Shown in pieces: positions 14,601-29,600 of a stretch of DNA of 64,000 nt (position 1 is the first letter of the stretch; each line of letters begins with the position of its first letter). The translations under genes were made by a program, and so were the position numbers. Source of the DNA: Mytilus edulis (lineage: Eukaryota); contig NC_092347.1 of NCBI RefSeq assembly GCF_963676685.1, forward strand, positions 5,518,001 to 5,582,000, written 5' to 3'. The notes beneath the pieces are model-generated. The model searched no databases, was not told the origin of the DNA, and worked only from the letters and a program-made list of their open reading frames with translations.

Positions 14601-17600
14601 ACGAGTGGTTGCAAAATGATGTGCACTAAAATTTGTCGTTCAACATGTTGTCTGTAGTATGAATTCCATTCATTAATTGTTCAGATGTTCTCGACTCGTA
14701 CATTTTCGTTTTGTCAAGGAGAAGTAGAGAAAGGGGGAAAGCTACTTCATAAAATGCAAGTTTTCCTCTTTGGAAGTCAGTTAGTTCCCATCAATAGGTT
14801 GATAACTCCCGAGAAACCGGAAACATTACATTGTCGTTTTCTAAATACCGGACCAGGACGGAAAAGTAATGATAAAAATCCGCGATTTACAAAATTGAAC
14901 GGCGATGATTGGGAATCCGTAACTATTCGACTTTGACCGTAATAGCGTAGTTTGTATTGCAAAATCGGAAAAACTACGGAAAAATCGTAATGGTTGGCAT
15001 CTATGAGTACAGTCACTTTTAAACAAACCTGATAGACCACCATCATGACTTTGATTTTCTTCATGAAGACCTGAGTTAACATTTCATCAAATCCACCCAT
15101 ACTATCCTGAATAATGCTCTGTAATTTTCTCAATTCTGTTTCAAGTTGCTGCAAAAAAAAAAATATTCATCATCAATAGTCTCAAGAAAGGACATGAAAA
15201 CACAACAATTTTAGAACAAGGAAATCATCAGTATTATTTAAACTTTTTATTTGCACCAACCTTGCAGATTAAAACTTATATAGCTATATGTAACAGATCA
15301 AAGTTATATGATTATACTCTGAGTTATGACTTACTCATGATATCAAGTATTTGGTAAGTAAGATACTGGTGAGTGAAGGATGTAAAAATGCTTCACATGG
15401 TTCAGCAGTCTAACTTGATGCTTGATTCAAAATTTCAAAAAAGCCTTGATTTGTAGTTTTAAGAAAAGTGATTGCAAAATTTTACTTGATAGACCAAGAG
15501 AAACCGGGACAGATCAAAACCAGTAATACCACCCTCTTATGGATAAGAGGTACAATAAGCTTACTATATTAATTCAAATATCTGCCAACTATCCTAAGCT
15601 TGTGATGGGGTGACATTCATTATCAAAATAACAGCAGCTATAAAATTTATAAAATTAGTTTTATAGCCATGCTTATGTTCAACAGAATCAAAATAAAATG
15701 TACCTTGCGATATTTTTCCCTCTCTTCGTTAAGATCTTTGACTTTCTGTTCGTATTCTCCAGCCAACCTCTTTTCATCTTCAGTCCAGTCCTTTAGTTCT
15801 TTGGTCTGCATGAACAGTGGCTTTGGAACATCCTATAAAAATAAATCGTTTATTAATTTGATTGTCATATAAAACAAATAAGCTTTATTTTCAAAATGTC
15901 CTACAGATAAATATATTTTATTTGGTATACTATTCAAAATTAATAATAAACAAATCAATTTGATTGTCTCCCTTTAAATATCATTTGGATATTGTCTTGT
16001 TGATCAGTTTTGTTATATTAAGTTTTATTGTCTATTGCATTTTTTAAGATATACGCAAAAATGCAAATAAATTGTAAAAATTACCATTAAAGAAAAATAA
16101 CTCCAATAAGGAGTCATCAGACAAGAACTTGTTGAATTATTTCTAGATCTTGTTTTTCTGATCAGTTATGCTATTCAAGCTTCTGTCTTTCTATTATAGT
16201 TTTCAAGATTATAGACAAAACTTGCATTTGACCCCTATGCTCTATTTTAGCCATGTTGGTCATGTTGGTTTGCAGACTTGGTCATCAGACACAGAATTTT
16301 GCTCTAGATGGTATAAATTGATTTGAAAAATCTTCTTTTAGTTTCCTGAAAATTCTAGCTAAGACAATTTAAGTTGTGTAAAAGTCCACGAATGTAGACA
16401 TTTTTGGACTGACAAAAATGATGTACAACAATGGAATCTAGGATTGCTATATATCAAGACTTAAATAGCAGGGAAACTAAATAAATAAAAAAAATATGTG
16501 TCAACACTTTTAACCCACCTTTTTGAGTTCATCCTCTTTTTTAATCTCCAAAACACCACCCATCATCATGCCCAAACCTCTCTCCCTAGCATTGTCACCT
16601 TTCTCTTTAAGACGTCTCTCTTCTTCCATTTTGTCTTCTTCTTCTTTCTTTTTCTTTTGTTCTGGTGTTAGATATTTCTCAACTTTAACCTTTAAAATAT
16701 AGTACATTTATTAGTAATGGGAATGTTTTATACTTATTTCAATGTCCATGCATTAAAAAACAAAACAGGTCACAAGCCTTCCAAGGTAATCAATTGTCTC
16801 ACCTATAATCAGCAAACATATATATATGCAGACTTCAGCCATTTTGAAGGAGAAGTAGATTAAAAAATGAAATTAGCAGAAATAGGCCAGTCCATGAAAG
16901 TTAACCATAAAAAATCACTAAGATGAAAAATAATGTGTATCAGTTTTGTTAAACCCTGTCAAGTTGTTTTTAATTAATTGCTGATAAACTATGAGTGAGG
17001 TGCAAGCAAAAGCCTTTTTCTGAGCAGTAAAGCTGTTTTGAATGCATTTATCTTTCAATGAATTAAAAAAAAATCAACAGCATACAAAATCATTGGATAT
17101 AGAACAGTCTAATGAATAAAATATGGAAGAAATTATATAATAGTTGCATATTTTTATTGTTTTATAGGTTGATCTTGTTTTGATACAAACCTCTTCATCT
17201 TTAACTTCCAGCAGTTGTTCAGGTTCCTCATAAATGCTGAGTAGAGGCAAAATGATTTCTTCATCTAAATCTATATCATCCATGATTTTCTTTATACGCT
17301 TATTCTTTTCTTTTATTTTGCCTATTTCAGAAACCTTTTTCAAGTGAATGTCAGCAAATTCTTTGTTAAATGCAACTTTGATTCTGTGAATGGCATCCTA
17401 TAAAATACAAGTAAATATAATAAGTAAGTATGTTAAACACAGCATCATTCATTTACTTTGAAAATTACACAAACAAAATAACATTTAAAAAGTATGTTAA
17501 CTAAGGATTTTCTTATCCCAGGAATAGATTACCTTAGCCGTATTTGGCACAATTTTTTGGAATTTTGGGTCGTCAATGCTCTTCAACTTTGTACTTGTTT

Positions 17601-20600
17601 GGCTTTATAACTATTTTGATCTGAGCGTCACTGATGAGTCTTATGTAGACGAAACACGCGTCTGGAGTACTAAATTATAATCCTGCTAACTTTTTAATCT
17701 TTTGGCAATTATTGATGGGTGCAAAATGTATAACAGGATATGCTTATCATTCAAAAGCACCTGAGATCATCCCTTGTTTTTGCTGTGGTTCGTGATGCAC
17801 CTCAGATCATCCCTTGTTTTTGGTGTGGTTCGTGATGCACCTCAGATCATCCCTTGTTTTTGGTGTGGTTCGTGATGCACCTCAGATCATCCCTTGTTTT
17901 TGGTGTGGTTCGTGATGCACCTCAGATCATCCCTTGTTTTTGGTGTGGTTCGTGATGCACCTCAGATCATTCCTTGTTTTTGCTGTGGTTCGTGATGCAC
18001 CTCAGATCATCCCTTGTTTTTGCTGTGGTTCGTGATGCACCCGAGATCATCCCTTGTTTTTGGTGTGATTCGTGATGCACCAGAGATCATCCCTTGTTTT
18101 TTGTGTGGTTCGTTATGCACCTGAGATCATCCCTTGTTTTTGGTGTGGTTTCGTGATGCACCCGAGATCATCCCTTGTTTTTGGTGTGGTTTGTGATGCA
18201 CCTGAGATCATCCCTTGTTTTTGGTGTGATTTGTGATGCACCTCAGATCATCCCTTGTTTTTTGGTGTGGTTCATGATGCACCTGAGATTATCCCTTGTT
18301 TTTGGTGTGGTTCGTGATGCACCTGAGATTATCCCTTGTTTTTGGTGTGGTTCATCATGCACCTGAGATCATCCCTTGTTTTTGGTGTGGTTAGTGATGC
18401 ACCTGAGATTATCCCTTGTTTTTTGTGTGGTTCATCATGCACCTGAGATCATCCCTTGTTTTTTGCTGTGGTTTGTGATGCACCTCAGATCATCCCTTGT
18501 TTTTGGCGTGGTTCGTGATGCACCCGAGATCATCCCTTGTTTTTGGTGTGGTTCGTGATGCACCTGAGATAATCCCTTGTTTTTTGGTGTGGTTTGTGAT
18601 GCATCTCAGATCATCCCTTGTTTTTGGTGTGGTTCGTGATGCACCAGAGATCATCCCTTGTTTTTGGTGTGGTTTGTGATGCACCTGAGTTTATCCCTTG
18701 TTTTTGGTGTGGTTCATGATGCACCTCAGATCATCCCTTGTTTTTGGTGTGGTTCATGATGCACCTGAGATTATCCCTTGTTCTTGGTGTGGTTTGTGAT
18801 GAACCTGAGATCATCCCTTGTTTTTTGGTGTGGTTCGTGATGCACCTGAGATCATCCCTTGTTTTTTGGTGTGGTTCGTGATGCACCTGAGATCATCCCT
18901 TGTTTTTTGGTGTGGTTCGTGATGCACATGAGATCATCCCTTGTTTTTGGTGTGGTTCGTGATGCACCTGAGATCATCCCTTGTTTTTTGGTGTGGTTCG
19001 TGATGCACATGAGATCATCCCTTGTTTTTGGTGTGGTTCGTGATGCACCTGAGATCATCCCTTGTGTTTTGGTGTGGTTTGTGATGCACCTCAGATCATC
19101 CTTGTTTTTGATGTGGTTCATGATGCACCTCAGATCATCCCTTGTTTTTGGTGTGGTTCGTGATGCACCTCAGATCATCCCTTGTTTTTGCTGTGGTTTG
19201 TGATGCATCTCAGATCATCCCTTTTTTTTGGTGTGGTTCGTGATGCACCTCAGATCATGCCCTGTTTTTTGGTGCGGTTCACATCTCTAATTTGATATCT
19301 CCTGTTTTGTGTACTGATGATTGTCTTTTGGCCTTTTTTTTTTTTGCCATGGCATTGTCAGTTTATTTTTTACTTATGAATTCAACCTATAGCCCTGAAG
19401 ACTTAAGTGTTTGCAAATTTTCCTTCCATTTTCCCAAAAAGGATGCTTTATTTGTACTAGAAGAATATTTTTAAAAGTCAACAAATACTTTCCTACATTC
19501 CACAATTAAAAAAATATGACGGTAGAGATGAAAAATTTTATGCAACCACAGTGAGTTCTGCTGAGATCAATTTATAATCATAAATAGGAGACGTTGGTTG
19601 AGATATGATAATTAAGGGTAACTGTAGGTGCTATATATATCTTTGTCTCTAAGAGGAGGAGACAGAACATTTTGAAAAAAATGTAAGTATAATTTTAAGT
19701 CACACGACAAGTCTCTCATGTTGACTAACCTCAAGTAAAATGATTTGGTTGATTTTCTGTTCTCTTGTATGAAGATCAAACTGACTGTAAAACAAATCAC
19801 TTCCTCCACCATACTGGGCACCTGTCAAAAATACAAATAATAACATTAATTTCTGAAAGATTTTGTAAAAAGAAATCACATGTTTCTTCCCAACCTTTAG
19901 TCAGAACATTTGTTGTTTTTCTCTCATCCCAAACCCCAAAAAATGAAGATTTTTTAAAAGTCAAAACAATAACTTGAGTAAACACAAATCATTGCGTTCT
20001 AATTTTTTGGCTTATCTAAAAGACTATGTACCATCATTTCATTTAATAAACTAAAACACATTCTAAACCCCATTCCTGAACTTGTTTGTCATATTGGAGT
20101 CTTCATTAAGCAGTCTATAGAACTGAGGGGGTCAGACCCATGTCAGACAAGCTCATGATGGTGTTTTATACATAAATTTATAATTGAATTTTTAAAATAT
20201 GTTCTATTATATTCTATAATATTGTATTGTATTTCATTGTATTGCATTGTATTTACAATGTATAAATGTTTGTTTGTATTGCTTGACCCTTATGGGTGTA
20301 ATTTTGCAATAAAGATTATCAGTAAAAATACAACTTACTCTTCTTTTTTTTTAATGTGTCTTCACATGTTTTTTTTCTTTATTTTGTTTTAAAATTTTAC
20401 ACACAGTATATTTTTTATTTACTGAATAACAATTATTACAGATCAAAAAGATGGAAATATGTTTAATTCCTTGTTGTAAATATTACATAAATGATTATAA
20501 AATCCTGTGGAGAAAAAACTGTTTTAATTCTATCGATCTAAACTAGGGATTCCACACACCACTATACTAATGTCACATTACATCTAGAAGTCATCAGTTC

Positions 20601-23600
20601 TTGGTTTACTATTACCCAATGCCAAATTTATTATCTAAAATAAATTTCTATTCTTTAGTAAGAAGTTCATTAAATTGAGTGGAAATTTCTAATTTTCAAT
20701 GGTTTCTATCCTAACCAGAATGTATAGCTTACAACAATATACCAGTATCACCAGGTGAATATATATAACATGCAAAATGGAGGAATACTGGTTCCACAGA
20801 TTTTACAATTTTGATATATAGTCTGTGCGACATGCAATATGATTAGTTCTGATTGTGAATGTGCATACATAAAAGAACGGAAAAGATTTTGTTTTTTTCA
20901 ATCATCCATCTTTATGTTGAGAAAGCAGGATCTGATCAAGCTAAAGGACAAGTTTTACAAAGGACAGATCGGTAGTCTATAGTATTCTGAGACGTCAGAC
21001 TAATGGGGATTGACACGTATGGACAAACCTGATTTATAATCGTCATATTCTGAAAAAGGCAATACATATATTTCACAATCACTTATTTTAGAAAATGTCT
21101 AGTTTCTTTGATCTTGGGTTTGTTGATCACAACATCTTCTGACCTAGTCAGTTTGAAGACATTACACTTTTTGTTTTGGTATTCATTGAAATATTGTCTT
21201 CAAATTAAAGACAATAGAAATGATTAGAAAAATCCAGCTTTTGCTGCTTTTATCTTCCTAATTTTGTTGGTAAATATATTTTAAAGAATATATTATCTTC
21301 GGTTTCCATTATAAGCATTTGATGCAATTATAAAGCAGTTACATTATATTTGCATTCCATAAATAATATCAGTCTGGTAATGAATTGAATACCATTAGAC
21401 TTCTTTCAAAACTATTGCTACATGTATATGCATGAATATAAAAAGAACTTTTTAATTGAACTCGTCATTTTATTTCACCATTAAAAGCTTCTTTTTGACA
21501 TTTTAGAAGGGTGTAAAATGTTGGCCAAAGCATATTTTGTGTGAATCAGAGAGGAGCTTCGTACTTAAAACATGTAGACAATCAATGCTTTCACAACCAA
21601 ACAAAGTATTACAGCAAAAAATTTCTAATGACTTAACAATAAACTTCAAGTGTAACATTTTGGGTGAGAAATCACACATTTACTCAACGTCGGGCTGATT
21701 GACATATATTATTCTGGTCATGTAATTATAAATACTGATTCACATATCAATATTAGAGTAATCTAGACTATAGTAAACTATTTTGTAAATTTAAATATGA
21801 AATTCAACCACTTAAATAAAATACCTCACCACTAAAAAAAAGTAAAATGACATATATATAAACCTATAATCCTTAACTCCTCTTTGAAGAGACCTGAAGA
21901 CATTAGTTAAACCAAAGCCATAGATTAAGCTTGTCTGTATTGTACAGTACTATCATGCTGTACTGTCGGATGTGGTGCCAAACTTACCTATTGTATCTGT
22001 TTCTATATAATAGTCCACAAAATGTTATTGTATTGTAAATAGATATACCCTAGCTGCTGCTCAGATGTAGTCAGCTGGTGTTAAACATGGCAAAAACCAG
22101 TACTGTTCATTTGTTTAGTTTCATTGGGGATGGAAATGAAATGCCCAAGAATAAATGATGGACTTCATTCAAACAAATAGCATTTAGGTATCTTACATTT
22201 TACAATTTGTAAAGATGAAAGCCAGGGAATAAAAACTACCTTAAAAAGAAATGGGTCTATTGAACTCTTTATGAACTATTGAAAAAATAGATAGCTGTTT
22301 AAATCAAAATTTTCCAGTAATCCAAGGTAAAATTTACTGTGTCAGTCTTTTTTTTTTTTTTTTTTATAGAGTTTTTCCCCTCTATGATACTATGTAATCT
22401 ATGCACATATGGTAGATGTTATATGTGTGCACAAGTCCTTTTAGAACTTTATATAAATGATCACAAACTATTTTTAAGAGTTATGAAAATTACAAAGACA
22501 TGGTTTCTTTAACAAAAAAATATGCATCAAGTCTTTGATTTCCTATAAAACACTAAAACACTGAGTTTCAAAGAGAATTCAAATATAGCTAATTCTTTTC
22601 ATATTAATTGCAATATTGTTGAAATAAGGGGGGAAAATCAAACAAAAGACTTCAGATTAATTGCAATAATGTTGAAATTAAAACATTAAAAAAATCTGAA
22701 AAATATCAAAAATCTTCCTCGAGTATAATATACAGCAGTGATGTGTAAATATAAGATATTGTAACTACATGTTAATGAAACACAACAAGTGCAGTGGGCA
22801 TTCACACAATTAAATATGCAGACTTTTAATTCAGACTAATGTCAAATCAGAAATTTGTGTGTGTATCTATTATTGCTATTATTTATCATTTTTATGTATC
22901 GGTACAAATGTCAATCAAAGTATTGTGATTTCAGGAGATGCTGCATATAAATTTTGCTATCAAAATTAAAATATATGAGTTTTTATTTTTGTGACACCCA
23001 TCTCAATGTAATTTTGGCAATTATGAAAATTATTCAAATATTTCTGAATTACAGAAGTTATTTCTTTGTTTGATTTTAATGGTTTCTTAAAAATATAAAC
23101 ATTCTTCTAAAAGAAAGTGTTTTTATGTCAAGAATGAGTAACAAAGAAATTTCTTAAAATTATTTTGAATTTTTAAACGATTATAACTTCAGATATTTAT
23201 TCAAGTTTTAAAGATACAATCTAAATTATGCTTAACTATGCATATAATATGCAGGTAAATTAAACAAGAAACTTTAATATTTCACACTCATATAAGATAT
23301 GTGTTGTAATTTTCATTTGTAATCTAAAAGCAACATAGTAATAGAAGCAATAACCATACTATTTATTATAAAACAGGCTAACAGCACACTGGACACACAC
23401 TTATAAGATTTGTTTACATATAAACTAACCTAGACTTCCAGTTGTTGATGGTTTTTCTCCATCTTCATCTTCGCCTTCACCAAGGTCATCATCCTAAAAT
23501 GAGAATGAGTTATTGCCCCTGAATAATCAAATTACTGAATGAAGTAATGTATTACTTTTTAGCAAAAAAATAATGGAAAGATATTGAGATGATTGTGAAC

Positions 23601-26600
23601 TCTTAAATTGAAATGATGAAACTCCTCGAGACATTTTGCTATGGAACAGCTGATGTGCAACTGAAGCGCATGTCTTCACAAGTCACAAAAACAAATAACA
23701 GTAATGTTCAATATAAATACAAAACTTCTAGATAAATTAGACAATGAGACGTATATAATACATAAAAAATCAAACTTATACTAGTATATTCCATTATTTG
23801 CTATACAAAATAATTTGTACTGAAATTAAGTTAAATATTTCAAGTTTCAACTCAATATGTTTATTTCATATAAAAAGTTATGAAAACTTACCATCTATGA
23901 AATTCATCTTGCATATTCAATAGTAATGTACAAATGACTCTTCATTTACTGAATTAAGTTATAGATATCAAAACTCAGAGAGGATATTATATGTTTTGGG
24001 TAATTTTAAGCCAATGTTTCGGAAACACAGACTTAAAAAGTGATCCTCATAGGATAAGTATAATTCACTAGAAGTCATCCCATTCATAAACTAAAATTTT
24101 ACAAGATCATATCAATATGAGAGAGAAAAAGGGGGGAAATCTTTCAATTTCATGATCATACAATCCTTATATTATTTAATATAGTCAATTGTAATTTATT
24201 GTGCTGAAAACAAAAAATTCTGTGAAGTGAACAACATACTGCAGCTGTGAACAATTTGATTACTCCTTTTCAATGAATAATGTACATTTTTTTGTCAAAT
24301 AAATGAATTGAAAAATGATATGATTGTGGTATGAGATTCATTTTCTTTAGCTGTTTTTGAGACAGACTGTTATAATATGCAATAACACAAAATTGATGTT
24401 AAAATTTTGAAAAAAGAAACATATTATTGTCATATGTTGATTCCTTTTGAAGTTTTCTGGGAAAGTCTATCATTTAGCCATCTGCAACACTAATTCTGAA
24501 GGATGTATTTATCATGAAGCGTCTACTGTTAAATGAATTTAATTGTTACTGAAAACAATAGAGAATGCTTTTCAACTTCCACACTTTTACAATCTCCATT
24601 CCACACTTTTACAATCTCCATTCCACACTTTTACAATCTCCATTCCACACTTTTACAATACTTTTACAATCTCCATTCCACACTTTTACAATAGGAACGA
24701 ACATATGAAAACTTTCATATAACTATTCTTTTACAAAATATCAATAGAGTATTTCATGAAACAACCAGTCTGTGAACATACAAAGCAAGAAAGGGCACTT
24801 GTTTTTTGGGTAGTGAGCTTACATATATCATACATAAAAAAAAAAAAAAATAAGTCAGGAATGTGTTAGTTGTATTAAACTGAAGTATAGCGGATAACAA
24901 TCATGAATCAACATAGAAGATTTTGTGTTTACAACAATGAATTACTTCATCGGACATTGCCAGTGGAGTTTCTAAAATATGATCACTTCTCTTGTCACAT
25001 TCAACCTCATCATTAACTTGAACTGGTTCATCCTATAAAATTTTGTTATTATTCAACAGCTTAAAACACATGTATTATTACGTTAACTTTCTTTAAGAAT
25101 TCCAATTCCGGAAAAACTGCTGAAAATTCAAAACTTTTTGTGTGCATATATTATTTTGATAGTTCAACAATGGACAACCACATGAAATTATTCATACATA
25201 TGTTGCTTCCAACATTTTAAATGTGAGTTATTATTTTGTGAAATCTATTCAGAAGCAATGTTTTCACAATAATAAAATTCAGAATTTAATATTTATAAAT
25301 TTTCTTGAGCAATTTTTTAAGATATTAATAGAGCACTAGCTGTTAAATTCATGTTCACCGATTCTAATCAAATTCTTATATTTGATTCATAACAATGTAA
25401 AACATTTATCCAAACTATTAAAAGTCTAAAATAAACAGTTAACAGGGCAAGGGTATGAAAATACGTAATTTGTTTCGTGTGTATTTTAGTCCAGCCACCA
25501 TCTAATTAATTATCGAGTTGACCTCTAAAGTTATCCGATGACCATATAAGCGATGTAAACATAAATATAGATATAAATAGATAAAGCAAACATGTGCTGT
25601 TGGATTATTCTAGGTCTTTTTAATTTCATATCATAGATGAAAAATAAATGTTTAACATCGTTTTTACCTGTATAAGAATGATTATCTGTGGATCGAATCA
25701 GTCTATCAAATGGTTTACCTTTGTTTCACTTTCAAAGTTGACATTCTTGTCCTTTAAATATCTTTACACATAGAATTCATGTGTTTATCCATCTCAAGCT
25801 TAGAGGTTAAATTAAAGTTCACATGAATACTGTTTCAATGAGGTCGAATTATTCACTTAGAAGTGAATAAATCATAATCTATGTTTTCTACCTTATTTTG
25901 ACAAAATTGAACCCTACTGGCTGCTAAAAGCCAATTATTATTTCATTATTTGCATTTATGATTGAGCAAAAAAAATATTAGATTAGTTTTTTTATATATC
26001 TCGTAGCTAGTGCCCCTTTAACACTAGTCTAAAGGGGATACATAATAAATAAAATAAATAGCCATATGAACATGATTTTGCCTCACTGAGCTGTGAGGTC
26101 TATTTTTACAATACAATCATTATATGTATTTGATTCTTTTTTCTTCATGTAAGTAAAATACAGAAAAAGGTGATAAAATGATGTGTTAAGTGTATGTTGG
26201 TGTATTTGATGTTAAGTGTATGTTGGTGTGTTTGATGTTAAGTGTATGTTGGTGTGTTTGATGTTAAGTGTATGTTGGTGTGTTTGATGTTAAGTGTATG
26301 TTGGTGTGTTTGATGTTAAGTGTATGTTGGTATGTTTAATGTATGTTGGTGTATTTTACCTCCTTCCCAATGGGTGTTGTGACTGATTTCTGTAAAGTTT
26401 TAAACAACAGTAACATTTATCATAATAGTTTTGATATTTTAATATTATGCATCAAAAATATGTAAAACTGAACTTAAAAACTTTAAATATTGCATTCATA
26501 AGAATTAAAAATAAAACATGCTTAAAAATTCTCAAAAGAGTAGGAAAGATTTAACTGTTTACATTTAACATGTACATTCAAAGAATTTGTGCTTCATAAA

Positions 26601-29600
26601 TTAACAATCATGCATATTTAGCTGAAAGTTCTCCTATTTTTGACTTGTAATTGGAGATTACCATCTTTAATAAAAAAACAAGAATGGTCCATAGTATACG
26701 GATGCCCAACTTGAACTATCATTTCCTATGTTTAGTGGACGGTAAAATGTTGGTTAAAAACTTTAATTTGGCATTTAAATTTGAGAGATCATATCATAAA
26801 GAACATATATACTAAGTTTCAAGTTGATTGGACTTCAACTTAATCAAAAACTACTTCGACCAAAAACTTTAACCTGAAGCAGGACAGGTGGACGGACGAA
26901 CAGACAAATGAACAAACAAACGGACAAACAGACCGTAGATCACAATGCTCATAAATTGAGCATAAAATTGAATCCAAGAACAGTTTGTGATTGAATAAAT
27001 ATGAGAGGGTTTTTCTAAGTCATTTTCTATATCAAACAGGCCTAACTAAGTTCGCAGTGGTAGGCATATAGGATTTCAGATTACCAAAAACAATGTCAAT
27101 ATCACAAAATTTTATGAAGGACATAGGGCGTGAGTAATGTCAATCAAACTTTTGAATCAAGTTTCCAATAAGAAGCACTTTTCATACTTTCCCATTGAAT
27201 CCTACATTCAAATACTATATGTTTTGTCATGACAGACAGATTGGTTCAGTCATGACGGTGAGATTGGTTCAGTCATGACGGACAGATTGCTTCAGTCATG
27301 ACCGCAAGATCGATTCAAACAAAATATATAACAGTTAAATGTATAGTCCTTAGGACAATTCATATTAATGTTGGTCCTCATTTGCCAACTATTTGAAGAA
27401 CAGACCATCGATGCCAAGCCATGAGAACAAGCTCATACTGATCCTTTGTCCCAGGTGAGCTAAAAATTGTGACATTTCAAATGTGAACCAAATTTCAAAT
27501 AGATATTCCATTGAACAAATGACTACCCCTTACCTCGTGAATAACATTCATACAACAAGTTTGTTTCTGATGAAACAAGACTGATTTATGTAAACACAAT
27601 AGAATAAAGTCAGATTTCATACTTCAAGTATGATCTGTGAATAGCTGTGATTTTACAAAAATTTAAGTGTTGTGATTGTGAACATTCAGTGAGTAATTTA
27701 CCTGGTGGATGTTCTCATCTGATGACTGGAATTTTTAATAACAAAGGTTTAAATATAAAAGAGAAGTATATATAACACTGGAAAATTAATTTAAAATCAC
27801 AAACAGTTTTTCTAAACTGATTCATGTGAAATTTCTAATGTAATAACAAAACAGAACAAGTTAACAAATAACACGTCAACTGTAAACGAACATCATAAAC
27901 AAATCAACAAATCTAAGCTTACATGTTTAGTATATTCATCTTGTTGAATCATACTTAGTAAAAACTAAAGAGCAAATACTATGAATTAATCTATCGTCAA
28001 AATTTCTAATATAAACATTCTAAAAATTAGCAGCATTCACACTTGTTTAAAATTGAATCAAGTCAGTCACAACATAAGAGCTTCTTTAAATTGTGAACAT
28101 ATTGTTTTGTGTATAATTTTTAAAATCTTGGAATGGAGGGAACACATCTCCCATTTAGTACAACTTTTTTGTTATAAATTCACAAAAAAGTATATCCAAT
28201 CTCATAAGACTATTAACCTAAATAGACAATGAAACATATCATAACCTTAACAAAATATGTCTATTTCTGTGCAGTGAAGAAATGTCACAATGATAAATAT
28301 TGCAGTGGCAGTTTGATATATAAAATGGCGTATAATCATTTAGCATTATGTATAATCTGCAATTCTTAGCAAGAACAGTTAACCACCATGAGGAAGACTT
28401 TTGGTCAGTGTGCAAAAAAGAATGCAATAAAAGTCCAAATGCATGAGGAGGAATATAATCAAAAGTTACTTTAATGTAAAGGATTAAAATAAAACCTTTG
28501 GTTATTTATTATAAACCTTACATATTTTAAAAGGTTATTCAAATACTTCTTTTGGTAGGTTGTTACATGTGTTTGATTTAAACCTGAACTGTTAAAATGT
28601 GATGATTATTTCCCCTTATTTAATATTATACAATGGACTCACTATTTAGATTTTTTAAATAGTTTGGATAAAAAGAGGGCTTTGTTTTTAGTAGATAAAT
28701 AATAAGGAAAGCTCTGAATCTTACTGAAGAAAAGTATTTGTACCATAAAGCATATCCGAATATATTTGTGGTCATATATAAATATACATTATGTGATCAA
28801 ATAGCAAAACTCTATAAATAGAAAACCATGTGATAACACCTGGTTTCCTACAGCGAACACACTAATAGCCTTACATCTTTGGTAGGTGCTTTGGTAACAG
28901 GTGCTGGGACATTTTTCTTTTCCTAAATAAATCAGCTAATATAATGTCTAAGTGTTTAAATAATAAAATACTATGTAAAACACTGAAATGTTAAAATCCC
29001 TTAAAAACATAAGACTTGAACAATTAATTATTATCTGTTCATTTTTATCAAATCAAAAAATTAAAAAAAATTAAAAGTTACCAATCACACTTCTATCTCC
29101 CACTTTTTTACAACACACTTTTTAAATGAACAAAAAACCAAGACTATATAATTTGAATCCCCTTGATAACAGAATATATATAACTTACGGCTGTTGTTGT
29201 TGGTCTGTTGGCTACTTCTATCTCAGATTTCCTAGCCTGCAACAACAAAAATATACAAAATCATTACAGGAAGGGGTTATATGATCCAAACTGTAACTTT
29301 TTAAAATGTTCTTTGATCTAAGCATGTCGCTTATTCCAACATAGGAAGTGGTGCTATATCAAAAGAATGAAATTGTGTTATGCATTCTCATTGGTCCAGA
29401 TGATAATTAACCAAATGAAGCAATTTACAAGACAAGAATTTCAATTTCTTAACATTGGTCAATTATCAAAATTTACTATTAGAGAAGATTTAATACTGTC
29501 ATGGTATTATATCTGTGGTTCATTATATTTTAAAACAAGTAACATAAAAATATTAGACTATAACATTGCTTTATACATGATTAATTTATTTAACATAAAA

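Larger units (their letters stand above)
21864..29236 (-). other. CFAP43: Cluster of small frame-preserving CFAP43 exons (several are candidates only)
   Basis: Phase 0-0: 29189-29236, 28875-28922, 27923-27964, 27702-27725, 27534-27566, 26360-26389, 24946-25032. Phase 1-1: 21988-22002, 21864-21893. All are AG...GT bounded, open, and multiples of 3 in length. Confidence 0.6.

Noticed and set aside
18175-19203. Several short repetitive ORFs
   Set aside because: Products of the 40-bp minisatellite.
21085-21198. Open minus-strand stretch after an acceptor-like site (QYFNEYQNKKCNVF...)
   Set aside because: The phase is incompatible with flanking CFAP43 exons (early stop) and there is no recognisable homology.
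28246-28266. Candidate 21-nt CFAP43 microexon
   Set aside because: It contains an in-frame TAG in phase 0 and has a weak donor; it cannot be supported without RNA data.
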